A stretch of DNA of 63,686 nt, counting the filler, from Folioceros fuciformis (Eukaryota), in assembly GCA_049999805.1 (NCBI GenBank). It is 13 parts of 13 records of this genome, joined end to end, with 100 filler letters (N's around TTAATTAATTAA, not from the genome) between each part and the next. Parts side by side here need not be neighbours in the genome. Positions count along the whole stretch, not along the records: positions 31,874 to 45,162 come from JBNGIO010001371.1; positions 45,263 to 54,831 come from JBNGIO010001372.1; 11 more parts are not named here. One strand, 5' to 3'. The notes beneath the pieces are model-generated. The model did no database searches. It was given only the letters and a program-made list of their open reading frames with translations, and was not told where the DNA came from. Shown here one piece after another: positions 34,914-46,057 of the stretch. Every line of letters begins with the position of its first letter. The first letter of the stretch is position 1. A program made the position numbers and the translations under genes.

Positions 34914-37900
34914 ATGGGTACCCCACTCTATGATAGGATAGCACTGAAGATGAGGCGAGCGAGCTTTTGTACTGCCGGATTTTTGAGGGGCGAAATAGCT
35001 GACACCGTGAGCAAGCTATGTGATCAGGGCCATCTCACTCAGGCTGTTGAGGCTTTGGGACTTTCGGTGCAAACAGCCACTTGTATTTCCAAATCTCTTT
35101 ACTATGGTGTCCTGAAGAGATGTGCAACCGAGAAGAATCTGATTCTGGGTCGCCGGGTACATGCTTTCACGGTGATCATGGGATACCAGTCGGACAAGTT
35201 CCTGTGCAACCATATCCTTCGGATGTATGCTTTTCATGGAAAGCTGAAAGACGCCATGGATGTGTTTACGGGAGTTGCCGAAGCAGATGCCTTCATGTGG
35301 TCTTCCATCATTTCTGCGCATGTTAAACAGGGGCATGACAAGGAGGCCATTAAACTGTACCATGGGATGCAAAGGTCGAATGTAAAGCCAGACGGGCATG
35401 TGTTTGTGGCCGCCCTTCAGGCTTGTGCAAGGGCTTTGGACTTGAAAACTGGTCAGCAGGTGCATGCTCTCGTGTTGACCAGTGCTGTTGAGCTTGATCC
35501 GTTTCTGTGTACTTGCTTGGTAAACATGTATGCAAAGTGTGGCAGATTGGAAGATGCTCACAGAGTGTTTGACGGGCTCAGACAGAAACATGTTGTTACA
35601 TGGACTGCGCTTATTGCAGGGTATTCCCAGCACGGCATGGGGCAGGAAGCCCTTCATCTTTACAGTGCTATGCAACAAGAAGGCCTAGTTGTACCAGATT
35701 CCGTGACATTTGCGTGCCTTCTACAGGCATGTGCAAGTGTGGGCAGCTCAGCTTTGAACGTTGGAAAGCAGCTTCACATGCAGATGAGAGAACAAGGACA
35801 TCAAGCTGATGCTCATATAGCCAGCAGTTTGGTAAATATGTATGCTAAGTGTGGCAGCTTGGACGATGCCCATAGAGTGTTTGACGGACATGGTCAAAAG
35901 GATGCGGTGACCTGGAATTCTTTGATAGGGGCATATTCCCAGCAGGGCATGGGCTGGGAAGCCCTTCGTCTATACAGCGTTATGCGAGAAGAAGGAACTG
36001 CTGTGCCTGATTCTGTGACAGTTGTGTGCCTTCTGCAGGCATGTGCAAGTCTGGGCCCTCCAGCTTTAGAAAAGGGGAAGCAGCTACATAACCAATTTAG
36101 ATGTCAAATAGACCGAGGTGATGCCCTTGTAGCCAGCAGTTTGGTGAACATGTATGCAAAGTGTGGCAGCTTGGAAGATGCCCACAGGATATTTGATGGA
36201 TTGATTGCGAAAGAGGTGGTGACCTGGACTGTTTTAATTGCAGCATATTCCCAGCAGGGTAGGAGCCAGGAAGCCCTTGATCTCTACGGGTCAATGCAAA
36301 AAGGTGGGGTCGTCGTGCCTGACGCCGTCACATTTGTTTGCCTCCTGCAGGCATGTGCAACACTGGGCAGCAAAGCTCTGGACACTGGAAGGCAGCTTTA
36401 TGTGCAAATTGGAGAATGTGGGCTTCAGGCGGATGTGCTTGTAGCTAACAGTTTGGCTGCCATGTTTGCAAAGTGTGGTAGCATGGACGAAGCCCAGAGG
36501 GTGTTTGATGGACTTGATCGAAAGGAAGTGGCCACATGGAATGCCATGATTGCAGGATATGCCCAGCAGGGCATGACCCAAGAAGCCCTGCGCCTGTACA
36601 GTGCTATGCAAGGAGTTGGTGCTGTTCCAGATTCGGTGACATTTGTGTGCCTCCTACAGGCATGTGCAGATATGGGGACCGCAGCTTTGGAGCAGGGGAA
36701 GCAGTTGCATGCACATATTGAAGAGCGAGGTCATCAAGCTGATGCGTTTGTAGCCAACAGCTTGGTTAACATGTACGCAAAGTGTGGCAACTTGGAAGAC
36801 GCCCAGAAAGTATTTGATGGCCTTGGTCAAAAAGATGTGGTGACATGGACGTCCCTGATTGCAGGTTATTCCCAGCAGGGAATGGGTCAGGAAGCCCTTT
36901 CTGTTTACAGTGCAATGGAAGAAGAAAGTACGGCAAAACCAAACTCCATAACATTCGTTTGTCTCCTGCAGGCTTGTGCGAGCGTGGGCACCCCTGCTTG
37001 GAGGAAGGGGAAGGACCTTCATATGCAAATCAAGTTGCAAGGATATGAAGCTGATGTAACTGTAGCGAACAGCTTGGTAAACATGTATGCAAGATGTGGC
37101 AGCCTGGAACATGCTCGGAAAGTGTTCGATGAACTTGGTCAAAGAGATGTGGTCACATGGACTAGCCTAATTGCGGGATATTGCGAACAAGGCATGGAGG
37201 AGGAGGCCCTTCGTCTTTACAGTGCTATGCAAGAAGAAGGACTAGCCGTGCCAAATTCAGTGACATTTGTGTCCCTCCTACGAGCATGTGCGAGCCTGGG
37301 CTCCCCAGCTTTGGCGAAGGGGAAGCAGCTGCATGCTCAAATTAGAGAACGAGGTTATCTTGCTGATGTGTTTGCAGCTAACAGGTTAATCGACATGTAT
37401 GCAAAGTGTGGCAGCTTAGAGGACGCTCGGAGAGTGTTTGATGGAGTGAGTCAAAAAGACGTGGTGACATGGACTGCCATGATAGCAGGCTTTTCCAATC
37501 AGGGCATGGGAAATGAAGCTCTTCAGCTGTACAGCGTTATGCAAGATGAAGGGGTAGCTGAACCCAATTCTTGGACATATGTGTGCCTTCTGCAGGCATG
37601 TGCAAGCGTAGGAAGCTCAGCTTTGGAGAGGGGTAAGCAGCTTCATGCAAAACTTACACAACGAGAACATGAAAGCGATGACTTTGTGGCCAGCAGTTTG
37701 GTAAACATGTATGCAAAATGTGGCGGCTTAGGTGATGCTCAGAAAGTCTTTGACAAACTTCATCACAAAGATGTGGTGACATGGAACGCATTGATAGCAG
37801 GGTATTCGCAACAGGGTATGGGTCAAGAAGCGCTCCGTCTGTACAGCATCATGAAAGATGTAGGCTTCCCCGCACCTGATCCTGTGACATTTATTTGCGC

Positions 37901-39302
37901 CCTCCAGGCATGTGCAGGTTTAGGCACCCTAGCTTTGGACACGGGGAAGCAACTTCATGAGGAAATTGGAAAACGAGGACATGACACTGATGCTTTCGTA
38001 GCCAACAGTTTGTTGAATATGTATGCAAAATGTGGCAGCTTGGAGGATGCTCAGCGAATCTTTGACGCACTTGGTCAAAAGGATGTGGTTGCCTGGAATG
38101 CAATGATTGCAGGGTATTCCCAGCAGGGAATGGGCCAAGAAGCCCTTCATCTCTACAGCCTAATGGAAGAAGGAGGTGTTACTGCACCCGATTCTGTGAC
38201 CTTTGTGTGTCTCCTGCAGGCATGTGCTAGCATTGGCTCCTCAGCTTTGCGAAAAGGGAGGCAGATTCATGGACAAATTAGGGAACATGAGCTTCAAGCT
38301 GATTTGTGTGTAGCTAACAGTCTGATGAACATGTACGCCAAGTGTGGCAGCATAGAAGATGCTCAGATTGTGTTCGATGGACTTAAAGAAAGAGATGTGG
38401 TTACGTGGACTACTCTAATTGCAGGGTATTCTCAGCAGGGTGTGGGTCAGGAAGCCCTTCAGGTCTACCGAGCGATGGAAGAGGAAGGGATCGCTGTGCC
38501 CGATGCAGTGACATTTGCGTGCCTCCTGCAGGCATGTGCAAACGTGGCAGCCTTGCAAGTGGGAAGGCAGCTGCACGCGCAGATCGAGGAAACAGGACTT
38601 CAATGTGATACGGTCGTGGCCAGCAGTTTGGTTAACGTGTATGGAAAGTGTGGGAGCATGGCCGATGCCCAGCAGGTTTTTGACGCATTGCCCGAAAGAG
38701 GCATTGTTCCCTGGAATGCGCTAATTGCAGGCTACACCTCAAAAGGAGACAGTCAAGCGGTGTTCGCCTTGGTTCAAAAGATGAGACTGGATGGCATACA
38801 ACCACTTGGCATCACATTCTTGAGTGTACTGACTGTGTGCAGTCATGCGGGTCTCGTAGACAGAGGGAAAGAGTACTTCAAAGTTATGAGCGAACATGAC
38901 GGCATCACTCCCACAGTGGAGCACTACACATGCATGGTGGATCTCTTAGGCCGCGCAGGCAGACTGGAGGAGGCGCTAGACATTGTAAGGACGATGCGTG
39001 TAGCTGCTAATTCTGCAGTTTGGCATACTCTGTTGAGTGTTTGTCGAAAGTGGAGCAACGTGGAGGTTGGAAGGTACGCTTTTGAAGAAGCAGTGAAATT
39101 AGAAAGGGCAGATGCGGCAGCGTATCTGTTGATGGCGAATATATACACTGATGCCCAGATGTGGGAACAGGAACAGAAGATGCGGGCTGCAAGAGTACGC
39201 ATCAGGGCATGGAAGCAGCCGGGTCAGAGCTGGTGGACAGACATGGAGGGAAAGGTGCACAGCTTTTTGGTTGGGGATGAGAAGCACCCAAGAGTGAGAT
39301 AA
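34914..39302 (+). CDS. PLS-class PPR RNA-editing factor: about 38 PPR motifs, E1/E2 and a WW-type PG box with truncated DYW; intronless
   Basis: Regular P-L-S triplets (VVTW..LI.GY.QQG / PDSVTFVCLLQACA / LVNMYAKCGSLEDA..VFD), P2-L2-S2 (TFLSVLTVCSHAGLV, EHYTCMVDLLGRAG), E1/E2, and a C-terminus KQPGQSWWTDMEGKVHSFLVGDEKHPRVR*. Start is 34914 or 34950. Confidence 0.97.
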   Translation: MGTPLYDRIALKMRRASFCTAGFLRGEIADTVSKLCDQGHLTQAVEALGLSVQTATCISKSLYYGVLKRCATEKNLILGRRVHAFTVIMGYQSDKFLCNHILRMYAFHGKLKDAMDVFTGVAEADAFMWSSIISAHVKQGHDKEAIKLYHGMQRSNVKPDGHVFVAALQACARALDLKTGQQVHALVLTSAVELDPFLCTCLVNMYAKCGRLEDAHRVFDGLRQKHVVTWTALIAGYSQHGMGQEALHLYSAMQQEGLVVPDSVTFACLLQACASVGSSALNVGKQLHMQMREQGHQADAHIASSLVNMYAKCGSLDDAHRVFDGHGQKDAVTWNSLIGAYSQQGMGWEALRLYSVMREEGTAVPDSVTVVCLLQACASLGPPALEKGKQLHNQFRCQIDRGDALVASSLVNMYAKCGSLEDAHRIFDGLIAKEVVTWTVLIAAYSQQGRSQEALDLYGSMQKGGVVVPDAVTFVCLLQACATLGSKALDTGRQLYVQIGECGLQADVLVANSLAAMFAKCGSMDEAQRVFDGLDRKEVATWNAMIAGYAQQGMTQEALRLYSAMQGVGAVPDSVTFVCLLQACADMGTAALEQGKQLHAHIEERGHQADAFVANSLVNMYAKCGNLEDAQKVFDGLGQKDVVTWTSLIAGYSQQGMGQEALSVYSAMEEESTAKPNSITFVCLLQACASVGTPAWRKGKDLHMQIKLQGYEADVTVANSLVNMYARCGSLEHARKVFDELGQRDVVTWTSLIAGYCEQGMEEEALRLYSAMQEEGLAVPNSVTFVSLLRACASLGSPALAKGKQLHAQIRERGYLADVFAANRLIDMYAKCGSLEDARRVFDGVSQKDVVTWTAMIAGFSNQGMGNEALQLYSVMQDEGVAEPNSWTYVCLLQACASVGSSALERGKQLHAKLTQREHESDDFVASSLVNMYAKCGGLGDAQKVFDKLHHKDVVTWNALIAGYSQQGMGQEALRLYSIMKDVGFPAPDPVTFICALQACAGLGTLALDTGKQLHEEIGKRGHDTDAFVANSLLNMYAKCGSLEDAQRIFDALGQKDVVAWNAMIAGYSQQGMGQEALHLYSLMEEGGVTAPDSVTFVCLLQACASIGSSALRKGRQIHGQIREHELQADLCVANSLMNMYAKCGSIEDAQIVFDGLKERDVVTWTTLIAGYSQQGVGQEALQVYRAMEEEGIAVPDAVTFACLLQACANVAALQVGRQLHAQIEETGLQCDTVVASSLVNVYGKCGSMADAQQVFDALPERGIVPWNALIAGYTSKGDSQAVFALVQKMRLDGIQPLGITFLSVLTVCSHAGLVDRGKEYFKVMSEHDGITPTVEHYTCMVDLLGRAGRLEEALDIVRTMRVAANSAVWHTLLSVCRKWSNVEVGRYAFEEAVKLERADAAAYLLMANIYTDAQMWEQEQKMRAARVRIRAWKQPGQSWWTDMEGKVHSFLVGDEKHPRVR

Positions 39303-40660
39303 AACCCAGGATCGTCAACAAGCAGACATCTCATGATGAATAGCAAAAGATTCAATACATAGCAGGAATGGGAGTTCAGCTACATGGCAGAAGATGGTGG
39401 ATGTGGGCACAGCCCGTGCATGCTTCTCTGTGCTGTGGGTGTATTCCAATTGCTTCTTTGCTTTCATGTGTTTCATATCTGAAGAACCACTGTAGTACAA
39501 AACAAGGAAAAAGGAACATAGAGAACTAGAACAACTAGGATCAGAACCTGCACGGAGGAAGCAATATCACTCCCTTCAAGGTCATGAGCCCAATTGCACC
39601 TCCGACCAAACTCTATGTCACTAGAGCCAATGCAACCATTTGAAAAAGTTCTATGAAAACTGATCCAGACGCAAGCAATCCCTGTTATGCTTATGGAGCT
39701 GTCTCATACTCCCATGCCAAATACAACCCTAGGAAGTGAAACTTAGAAAACCAAAAGAACAAACCTTACAAACAGAAGTCAAACCTTACAAACAAAAGTA
39801 CTTGGGTATCGAACTTCTTAATATCAAACTACTTAAGACATCAGTCTATATATGTATGTGTGGGGTCTATTTGTAGTCAAACAATCCTCACAGCTTTCAA
39901 AGAATAGAAGCACAAACTATCATGCTCGAGAAACATATGGAGAATAATTTTTTTTTCCTTGATTTGTCACACCTTCCAAATGACTGGAAAGAAGACATAT
40001 TGATCATGATTAAATTTACTTGGGATTTGCAATTCTGCTGAAAGACGAGGCAACTTCAAATTGGTGTGGCTCCCGATTGGAAACAAGATGAACCTTTTCA
40101 CATGGATCACATCCCATCAGCTGACTATCGTTTGATGCGAATGATGTTGTCACTCTCTGGTATGGTAGAAAAGATAAAAATTATGGAGAAAGACCCTGCA
40201 TTGGAGAAGTACTACATTTAGGCTAAAGAAGGTCTTATTAAAGAGACATTCAAAATATATTAGAGTGGAAAAACGTTTGAGGACATTGTAGTGTGATACA
40301 TTTGTCTTGTGATTAGCCTTTTGATTAGGTGTAGTTTTGGTTTTAGCACCAGCATGCAGCTCTAGCTTTGTTTGTAGATTGGATGCGTGATGGGCTTTTG
40401 AAATGGATTCGAAATAAGGCTTTCGTTGGTTATGTAAAGTTCGGGGCTTCGTGCTTATAAAGTCATCTTAGATGCTTTGGTTTCGGATAAAGTCTTCGTA
40501 GTTATTCCTAAACACGAAAGCGGAGGTCGTGCGTTACTGTAAGACGGAGCGAGTTCCCAAGTACAGCTGGTCCAGCACGGTTGATGGTGCTGGAGGGCTG
40601 CTGCTGCCCGGCGAGATAGATGTAGCACACGATCCAGGCGGTGAGCGAGAGGAAGGTGCC

Positions 40661-41437
40661 ATGACAGCATGGCGGTCTCTTGTGAAGGAGGGCTGGGAGC
40701 GAGCCGTGATCTTCACCCAGTTCATCTGCTCGCTCAATGTGTTTTCCAACCATGTTTGCGAGGTGAATCAGGTTGGTGTGTGTGCGCGCTGGGAACGCGA
40801 CGAATTGCCCTCCCACCACGTTTGTCGTGCACAACTAAGCCAGCTCATGTGGCCAGTGTCTTGGGCCGAGCATGCTGCCGACCTTCAATGTTGCCGGAGA
40901 CATTCTTCTCCTGGAGCACTTGTCGCCTAAGTTCGAGCGGATTAAAGTTGGCGATGTGGTGATGGCACGCTCCCCCACGAACCCCAGGGTTGTGGTTTGC
41001 AAGCGGGTACTGGGGCTTGAAGGCGATCATGTCACCGTGGTCCCTACTTCCGCTACCAGAGGGTTCATGCAGCATGTTGTGGTTCGGGCTCTAGACCTGG
41101 CCTCCAGCGGATGTGGTGTTTCGTTGTGTTGGTTTTTCACGTTTCGTTTGAGCTGAAGTGTGTGGTTGTGGTTTTGGTCCAGGTTCCGAAGGGGCATGTG
41201 TGGTTGCAAGGTGACAATGCGTATAATTCCACGGATTCGAGAGACTACGGACCTGTGCCCTACGCGCTCATCACTGGCAAGGTCTTTTACAGGGTAAGGC
41301 TGGTTTTCCGATGTCGGTGCTTTGGCTCCTGTCTTGAGGTTGCCACGTGCTTGAGCTTTTTATGATGCGGTTGTTGTGTTATGGCCCAGATATGGCCCCC
41401 AGAGGGATGGGGTCCTGTAAGAAGCCGTGCTCCTTGA
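40661..41437 (+). CDS. IMP1: Mitochondrial inner membrane protease subunit 1 (S26 signal peptidase), 4 exons
   Basis: GPSMLPTFN (catalytic Ser), [11 protein letters not shown]...[11 protein letters not shown] (catalytic Lys), [38 protein letters not shown]. Stop TGA at 41435-41437. Confidence 0.95.
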
Positions 41438-41639
41438 AGCGAAGTCCATCTGACATTCAGATTATTTTGTACATTTCCTTCATGGCGCCTCGAGATGTCC
41501 GGGCACTGGATTGGGGAAAGCTTCATCTGCTGCTTGCCATTGAGGCTGCGCTTGAGGCTGTGCTGAGCTCTTGTATGCTGCCCTCAGTAGTCGTTAGGCT
41601 GGCTTTAGAACGAGCACAGAGTTTTACATGTCTTCGAGG

Positions 41640-42313
41640 ACAGGTCCTCTCTCCAGCCCTAGCTACCATTGTTGCAGATCTGGACAGTTCTTGAAGAGCG
41701 AAGTGTGACGTTTCCGCTGTTGTTCAGAACATTGTAAGAGGGGCATTATCTGTTCTTGAGGTGTAAGAGGTCCCACGACTGTTATTCCTGTGACTGCATC
41801 TGCGTGAATCTAATTGTGATCTGTCGGGTGCCAGAAGAAGCATAGTACCCTCACTATTCAGCAAGGCCGACATGAAGGACCCAACGGACAGTAAGAGGAT
41901 TCCACGTCGTTGCCGGATTACCTGTTGGCCATTTCGGAGGGCAGTCCGAAAATGAGTAAAACGCTTCACATGGGACAGGTCTGCCCTCCAGCCCTAGCAT
42001 TGTTGCGGATCTCGACAGCCTGGACTAGCGAAGAGGGACGGTTTTCCCTGTTCTTAAGGCCTTTTATAAGCGCGGAATCACTTGTTTTTGAGGAGTACGA
42101 GGTCCTCGGGAGTCTTTCCTGTGGCTACACCTGCGTGAGCCTGATTGGAGAGGGTTAACGAGGGAACCCCAGTATAGAGCAAAGTCCGACACGAATGACT
42201 CATCGGACAGACCGAGGCTTCCGTGTCGTCGATGGGTTCCCTGTAGGCCATTTCGGAGTGCAGTCTGAGAAGGACGAAACAGTGACTCGGGTGCCGTTGA
42301 TCCCGACGGGATG
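41640..42313 (+). repeat. Diverged tandem duplication of about 335 bp, probably a decayed unknown coding sequence
   Basis: The two copies (starting near 41641 and 41976) share CAGGTC..CTCCAGCCCTAGC, ATTGTTGC.GATCT.GACAG, TTCCTGTG.CT.CA.CTGCGTGA and CCTGT.GGCCATTTCGGAG.GCAGTC.GA. Confidence 0.75.
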
Positions 42314-42462
42314 ACTTGGCACCATGGCAGAGGGACAGCTCGCAGCAACACCGGGGTGGGTGGCTCTACCGGACTTTCGCTGGTCTGCAGCACGGCGTGA
42401 ATGTGAACGTGCGCAGCGGCAGGGCAAAGGAAGGGGTGCCGTGAAGGACGAGAAAGCCCTGT

Positions 42463-43029
42463 GATGCGAGAGGGGGATCCGAGCCCTGGCAAGGCAGTAA
42501 TGCTGGTCATAGTCATGCAGGAGTACTTCAGAGGCACAGCCAGCCCAATTCTGGACACCACCCAGGGGACTATCCAGATTTGCAGGGACGCAGGAATCCC
42601 CTTGGCATACACCCAGCACGGCACAGAAGCCTGCAGGACTATGGCATACTGAAGGAGTGGTGGGGCCAACTCATCCTGACAAGCTCGGGTGAAGCTGCCC
42701 TGGTGAGGAAGCGGGACGACGACAAGCTGGTGCCCAAGACCACTTACAGCTCCTTGTATCGCACGGACCTGGAGTAGTATCTGCGGCAGAGTGGGAAGGA
42801 ACAGGTGATTGTGACTGGGGTGACCAACCTCTGCTGCGAGACCACGGCCCGTGAAGCCTTCGTGAGGGGTTTCCGCGTGTTCTTCTCCACCGACGCAACG
42901 GCCACCTCCAACCAGGACCTGCATCTCTCCACTCTGAAGAACTCGGCATACGGGTTCGCGTTCTTGGTAGACGCACCTACGCTGGAAGCTTCCCTGAACA
43001 AGCAGCACAGGTATCAGGGCCAGCAGTAG
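42463..43029 (+). pseudogene. Nicotinamidase 2/3-like (isochorismatase family) pseudogene, intronless
   Basis: PSPGKAVMLVIVMQEYF (catalytic Asp changed to Val), frameshift near 42620, DYGILKEWW, KTTYS, in-frame TAG at 42775-42777, [34 protein letters not shown]...[13 protein letters not shown]. Confidence 0.9.
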
Positions 43030-43782
43030 CAGCAGCAACAGGGGAAGATCGTCTCTTGATTTTGGTGTACATAGTTACTTATTTGCTCCTGGCCAGACAG
43101 GCACATCTTTTCAGGACAGCAACATTGTCCACACGTAGTTTCATCATGTCCAACTCTGAAAGTGCAGACCACTTGTCGGTGATGTCTTTCGCTTTCCATG
43201 GATTTCTCGAGCCACCCTCATGTGCTTGTGCACCTTCACAGCACCACCTTCGTGTGTTGGACATCCAGCAGAGTTCGAGGGTGTTACGTTATCTTGCTCT
43301 CTTTGCCAATCCAACCAATTAACAGATTGAACTCATTCCAACCACTGCCCGCTTAACGTGACCTTTTTTTGACAACTCGACAGCTGCTCCTGCTCCCTTC
43401 AGGCATCGGACGAAATCGTGAAAGGCGGTAGTAGCAGCAGTGGCCTTCCAAGGGTGTGAATGTATTGCAGACGTTACCAAGGATACGTAACAAAATTGGT
43501 GAGGTGTACTACCTCACTCACACTGGCTCTACTCTCTGGAGTCTTTTTTTTTTCTGTTTTCAACAGGTGAGCAGAGAGCTAGCTTTTAGTCCAGGCGGCT
43601 GTGCGAGTGGCCCTGCTACTGCTACTGTGCTACAGCTAGTGCAGCGAAAGAATCGTGGTTGCGCTGCTCTGTCTCCCAGCTTGTACTTCGAGAGTGCCTG
43701 CCCAGGCAAGACAGAGTGAAGTAATCCTATAGCCCCCTCCTTCTCCTCTGAACTGTCTGCATTTTCGCCATTGCTGCTCCAC

Positions 43783-45162
43783 TCAAGCCGAAGTTGGAAA
43801 CGGGCATCCAGTGTAACCTGCAGAAATTCAACACCCACATCCGAATCCAGTTACACTTCCATTTCACCAACCAACCATTTCACTAGCAACACATCAGCCA
43901 ATCACGCAAGTCAACCAATCACATGGACCATCCAACTGAATGCACAGAACATGCCGAAAGCGCACAAGACACGGGGAATGCGCAGGAGAAAGCATACTGA
44001 CTTGGATCCTGCGTGGTGATGTATGCGGTGGCCCCGAAATAGCAGCTGCCTCCAGCGCGATTCTGAACTTGAAAGTAGCTGTTGAAGGCGTAGTTGGCGT
44101 GCGCTTGGACGGTGTTGGGAAGGAAACAGTTCTGCCCGGGCTGCAGGGGCTGGCAATTTGCGCCCCCCTCACCGCACGCCCAGTCTAGCGCCTGTTGCAG
44201 CGCAATGGGGTTGGCTGAGGGGCTGGCAACGCACCAGGAATTCTGAGTTTGGGGTGGGTGTTGCACTGTGGGAGCCGGAGGCGGCGGGGACTGCGGCTGC
44301 TGCACAGGAGGCGGAGGAGGTAATACAGCAGGAGGAGGATCCGAAACAGTAGGAGGAACGGAAACAGGAGCAGGAGACGGAGCAGGAGCAGGAGAATGGA
44401 AGTCGATGGGATACACTGGAGTCTGATTTGAGGGGTAGAAGAGCCCGTAGTTCCGCTCGCTGATCTTCCCCCGCTTGAGGTCCTCGTTGAAGAGCGCGAA
44501 GAGGAAGGCGTCGAGGGAGGAGTTGGGGTGGAGCGGGGTCCCTGTCCCCGACTGGACGAACTGCACGAGGTTGCGGTTGTAGTTGGCCGCGGAGTCCAGG
44601 TCTGCCCCGATCTCCGTCGAGTCGCCCTTGGACGGCCAGCCCGTCTCGCCCACGATGATGCCCACTCCGGGGAAGCCCAGCGCTGTCATAGCCGAGTAGA
44701 CGGCATCCACCTGCGCCTCCAGGAGCGTGTCGTAGCGCAGGCCGGTATTGGGGTCGATGACGCCCGGGTTCGGCTGGCCGGTGGCGTAGGAGAGCGGGAT
44801 GTCGGCCGGGTCCGCGACGTAGGCGAAGTAAGGGTACGCGTTGGCGATGAAGGAGGCGCCGGTGCGGTTCAGGAAATCCAGCAGGGGCGTGAAGACGGAG
44901 GTGGTGTAGTAGGGACTGAAGGCCCCCCGGGACGGCGGGTAGCTGGTGGTCAGGATGTTGAGCGCCATCGGAGAGGAGACCTTCACCCGGGAGTCCAAGC
45001 CGGCGGCAACCAAGGCGGCGTGGATGTTGAGGACCGCTGGGAGGAGACTCTTCCGGTAGATATTCCTGCTGGCCAGCACCTCGTTCCCCACAGCCACGTA
45101 CGTGATGAGCGTATTCGGGTAGGCCTGCACGTTCTGCTGCACCCATGCGGAGGCCGTGGCCG
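43783..45162 (-). CDS. Glucan endo-1,3-beta-glucosidase (GH17) with a Pro-rich linker and X8/CBM43 domain; 5' end lost in the gap
   Basis: YVAVGNEV, NAYPYFAY, VGETGWPSKGD, FALFNEDLK, SERNYGLFYP, and X8 WCVA...LQQALDWACG..ANC...C..PNT..AHANYAFNSYFQ...SCYF. The last exon 43817-43783 encodes SYTGCPFPTSA*. Confidence 0.95.
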
Positions 45163-46057
45163 NNNNNNNNNNNNNNNNNNNNNNNNNNNNNNNNNNNNNN
45201 NNNNNNTTAATTAATTAANNNNNNNNNNNNNNNNNNNNNNNNNNNNNNNNNNNNNNNNNNNNGGCAACCCTCGGCTGCAGCCCGCAACCCTACAGCCCCT
45301 GGACGGACCGGGGCAATTGCTCGCAGCTGTGGCCTGGCTCAGCGCGAATTGGAGCCCGTCGCTCCCGCCCAACTCTCGCCCTGCAAGACCCACAGCCCAA
45401 GTCACGCCTCATCCAGCGCGTGGTCAAGCAAAACATACGCCGCTGGGTTCAAGCGGACCAGGTTTGAACCCCCTGTGTCCCGTTCATACCCAGGAAAGGG
45501 GGAAGAACGACTCTCAAATTCGCCAACAGAACAGCAATAAAATCGTCCGTCCCCTTGGCCGTCTCTGAAAAGACCTAATGTCGTGTTAGATTGGAGCCTT
45601 CATGAATTTGGAAACAGCATAACAAAATCCTACCCACCCAGACATTTCACGGAAGAGGTTCCTCTATCATTCGTGTTGAAGTTTGACACTTGCCACTTGC
45701 CGTCGTCTTAGGCGAGCGCCAATTGTGCGACGGTAATCCAGTACACTCCACTTCCAAAGCCGCCAATCTATGGACTCCCTTGGTGGGACGACAATCCGAT
45801 GCAAAGCTACCAATCGACTGGCACGATAATCCTGCCAGCACACTCAATCACCAAACAAAATAAATCAAGAGTTAAAAAAAAAAGGTGGTGAACTCTAAAT
45901 GAATATAGCTAGAACACAAACCTCTTATTTGAAACATACAAGAGGAAGTTTGTACCTTCTTCATCTTGCACTAGTTATTGAGAAAGAAATAGAGTTCCCT
46001 GAACTCCGCGGCATATATCGCAAAAAGAATAGCTAGAATATTGAATAACTACTGCGT

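Noticed and set aside
34272..34941. ORFs upstream of the PPR as extra exons or uORFs
   Set aside because: No motif and no splice path into the PPR frame that I can support.
39490..40300. AT-rich region after the PPR as a DYW exon or transposase
   Set aside because: No HxE/CxxC or transposase motifs found; probably old TE debris, unclassifiable by eye.
42263..42285. CTGAGAAGGACGAAAC as a hammerhead core
   Set aside because: It lacks CUGANGA and stem II, and the paralogous copy does not conserve it; better explained as codons.
42064..43038. 324-aa minus-strand ORF
   Set aside because: Antisense shadow of the GC-rich nicotinamidase pseudogene and tandem duplicate; no recognisable motifs.
44169..45214. 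Long alternative-frame and antisense ORFs over the glucanase (similar ones at 61872-63217)
   Set aside because: Expected by-product of very high GC3; Arg/Pro/Gly-rich with no domain signal.
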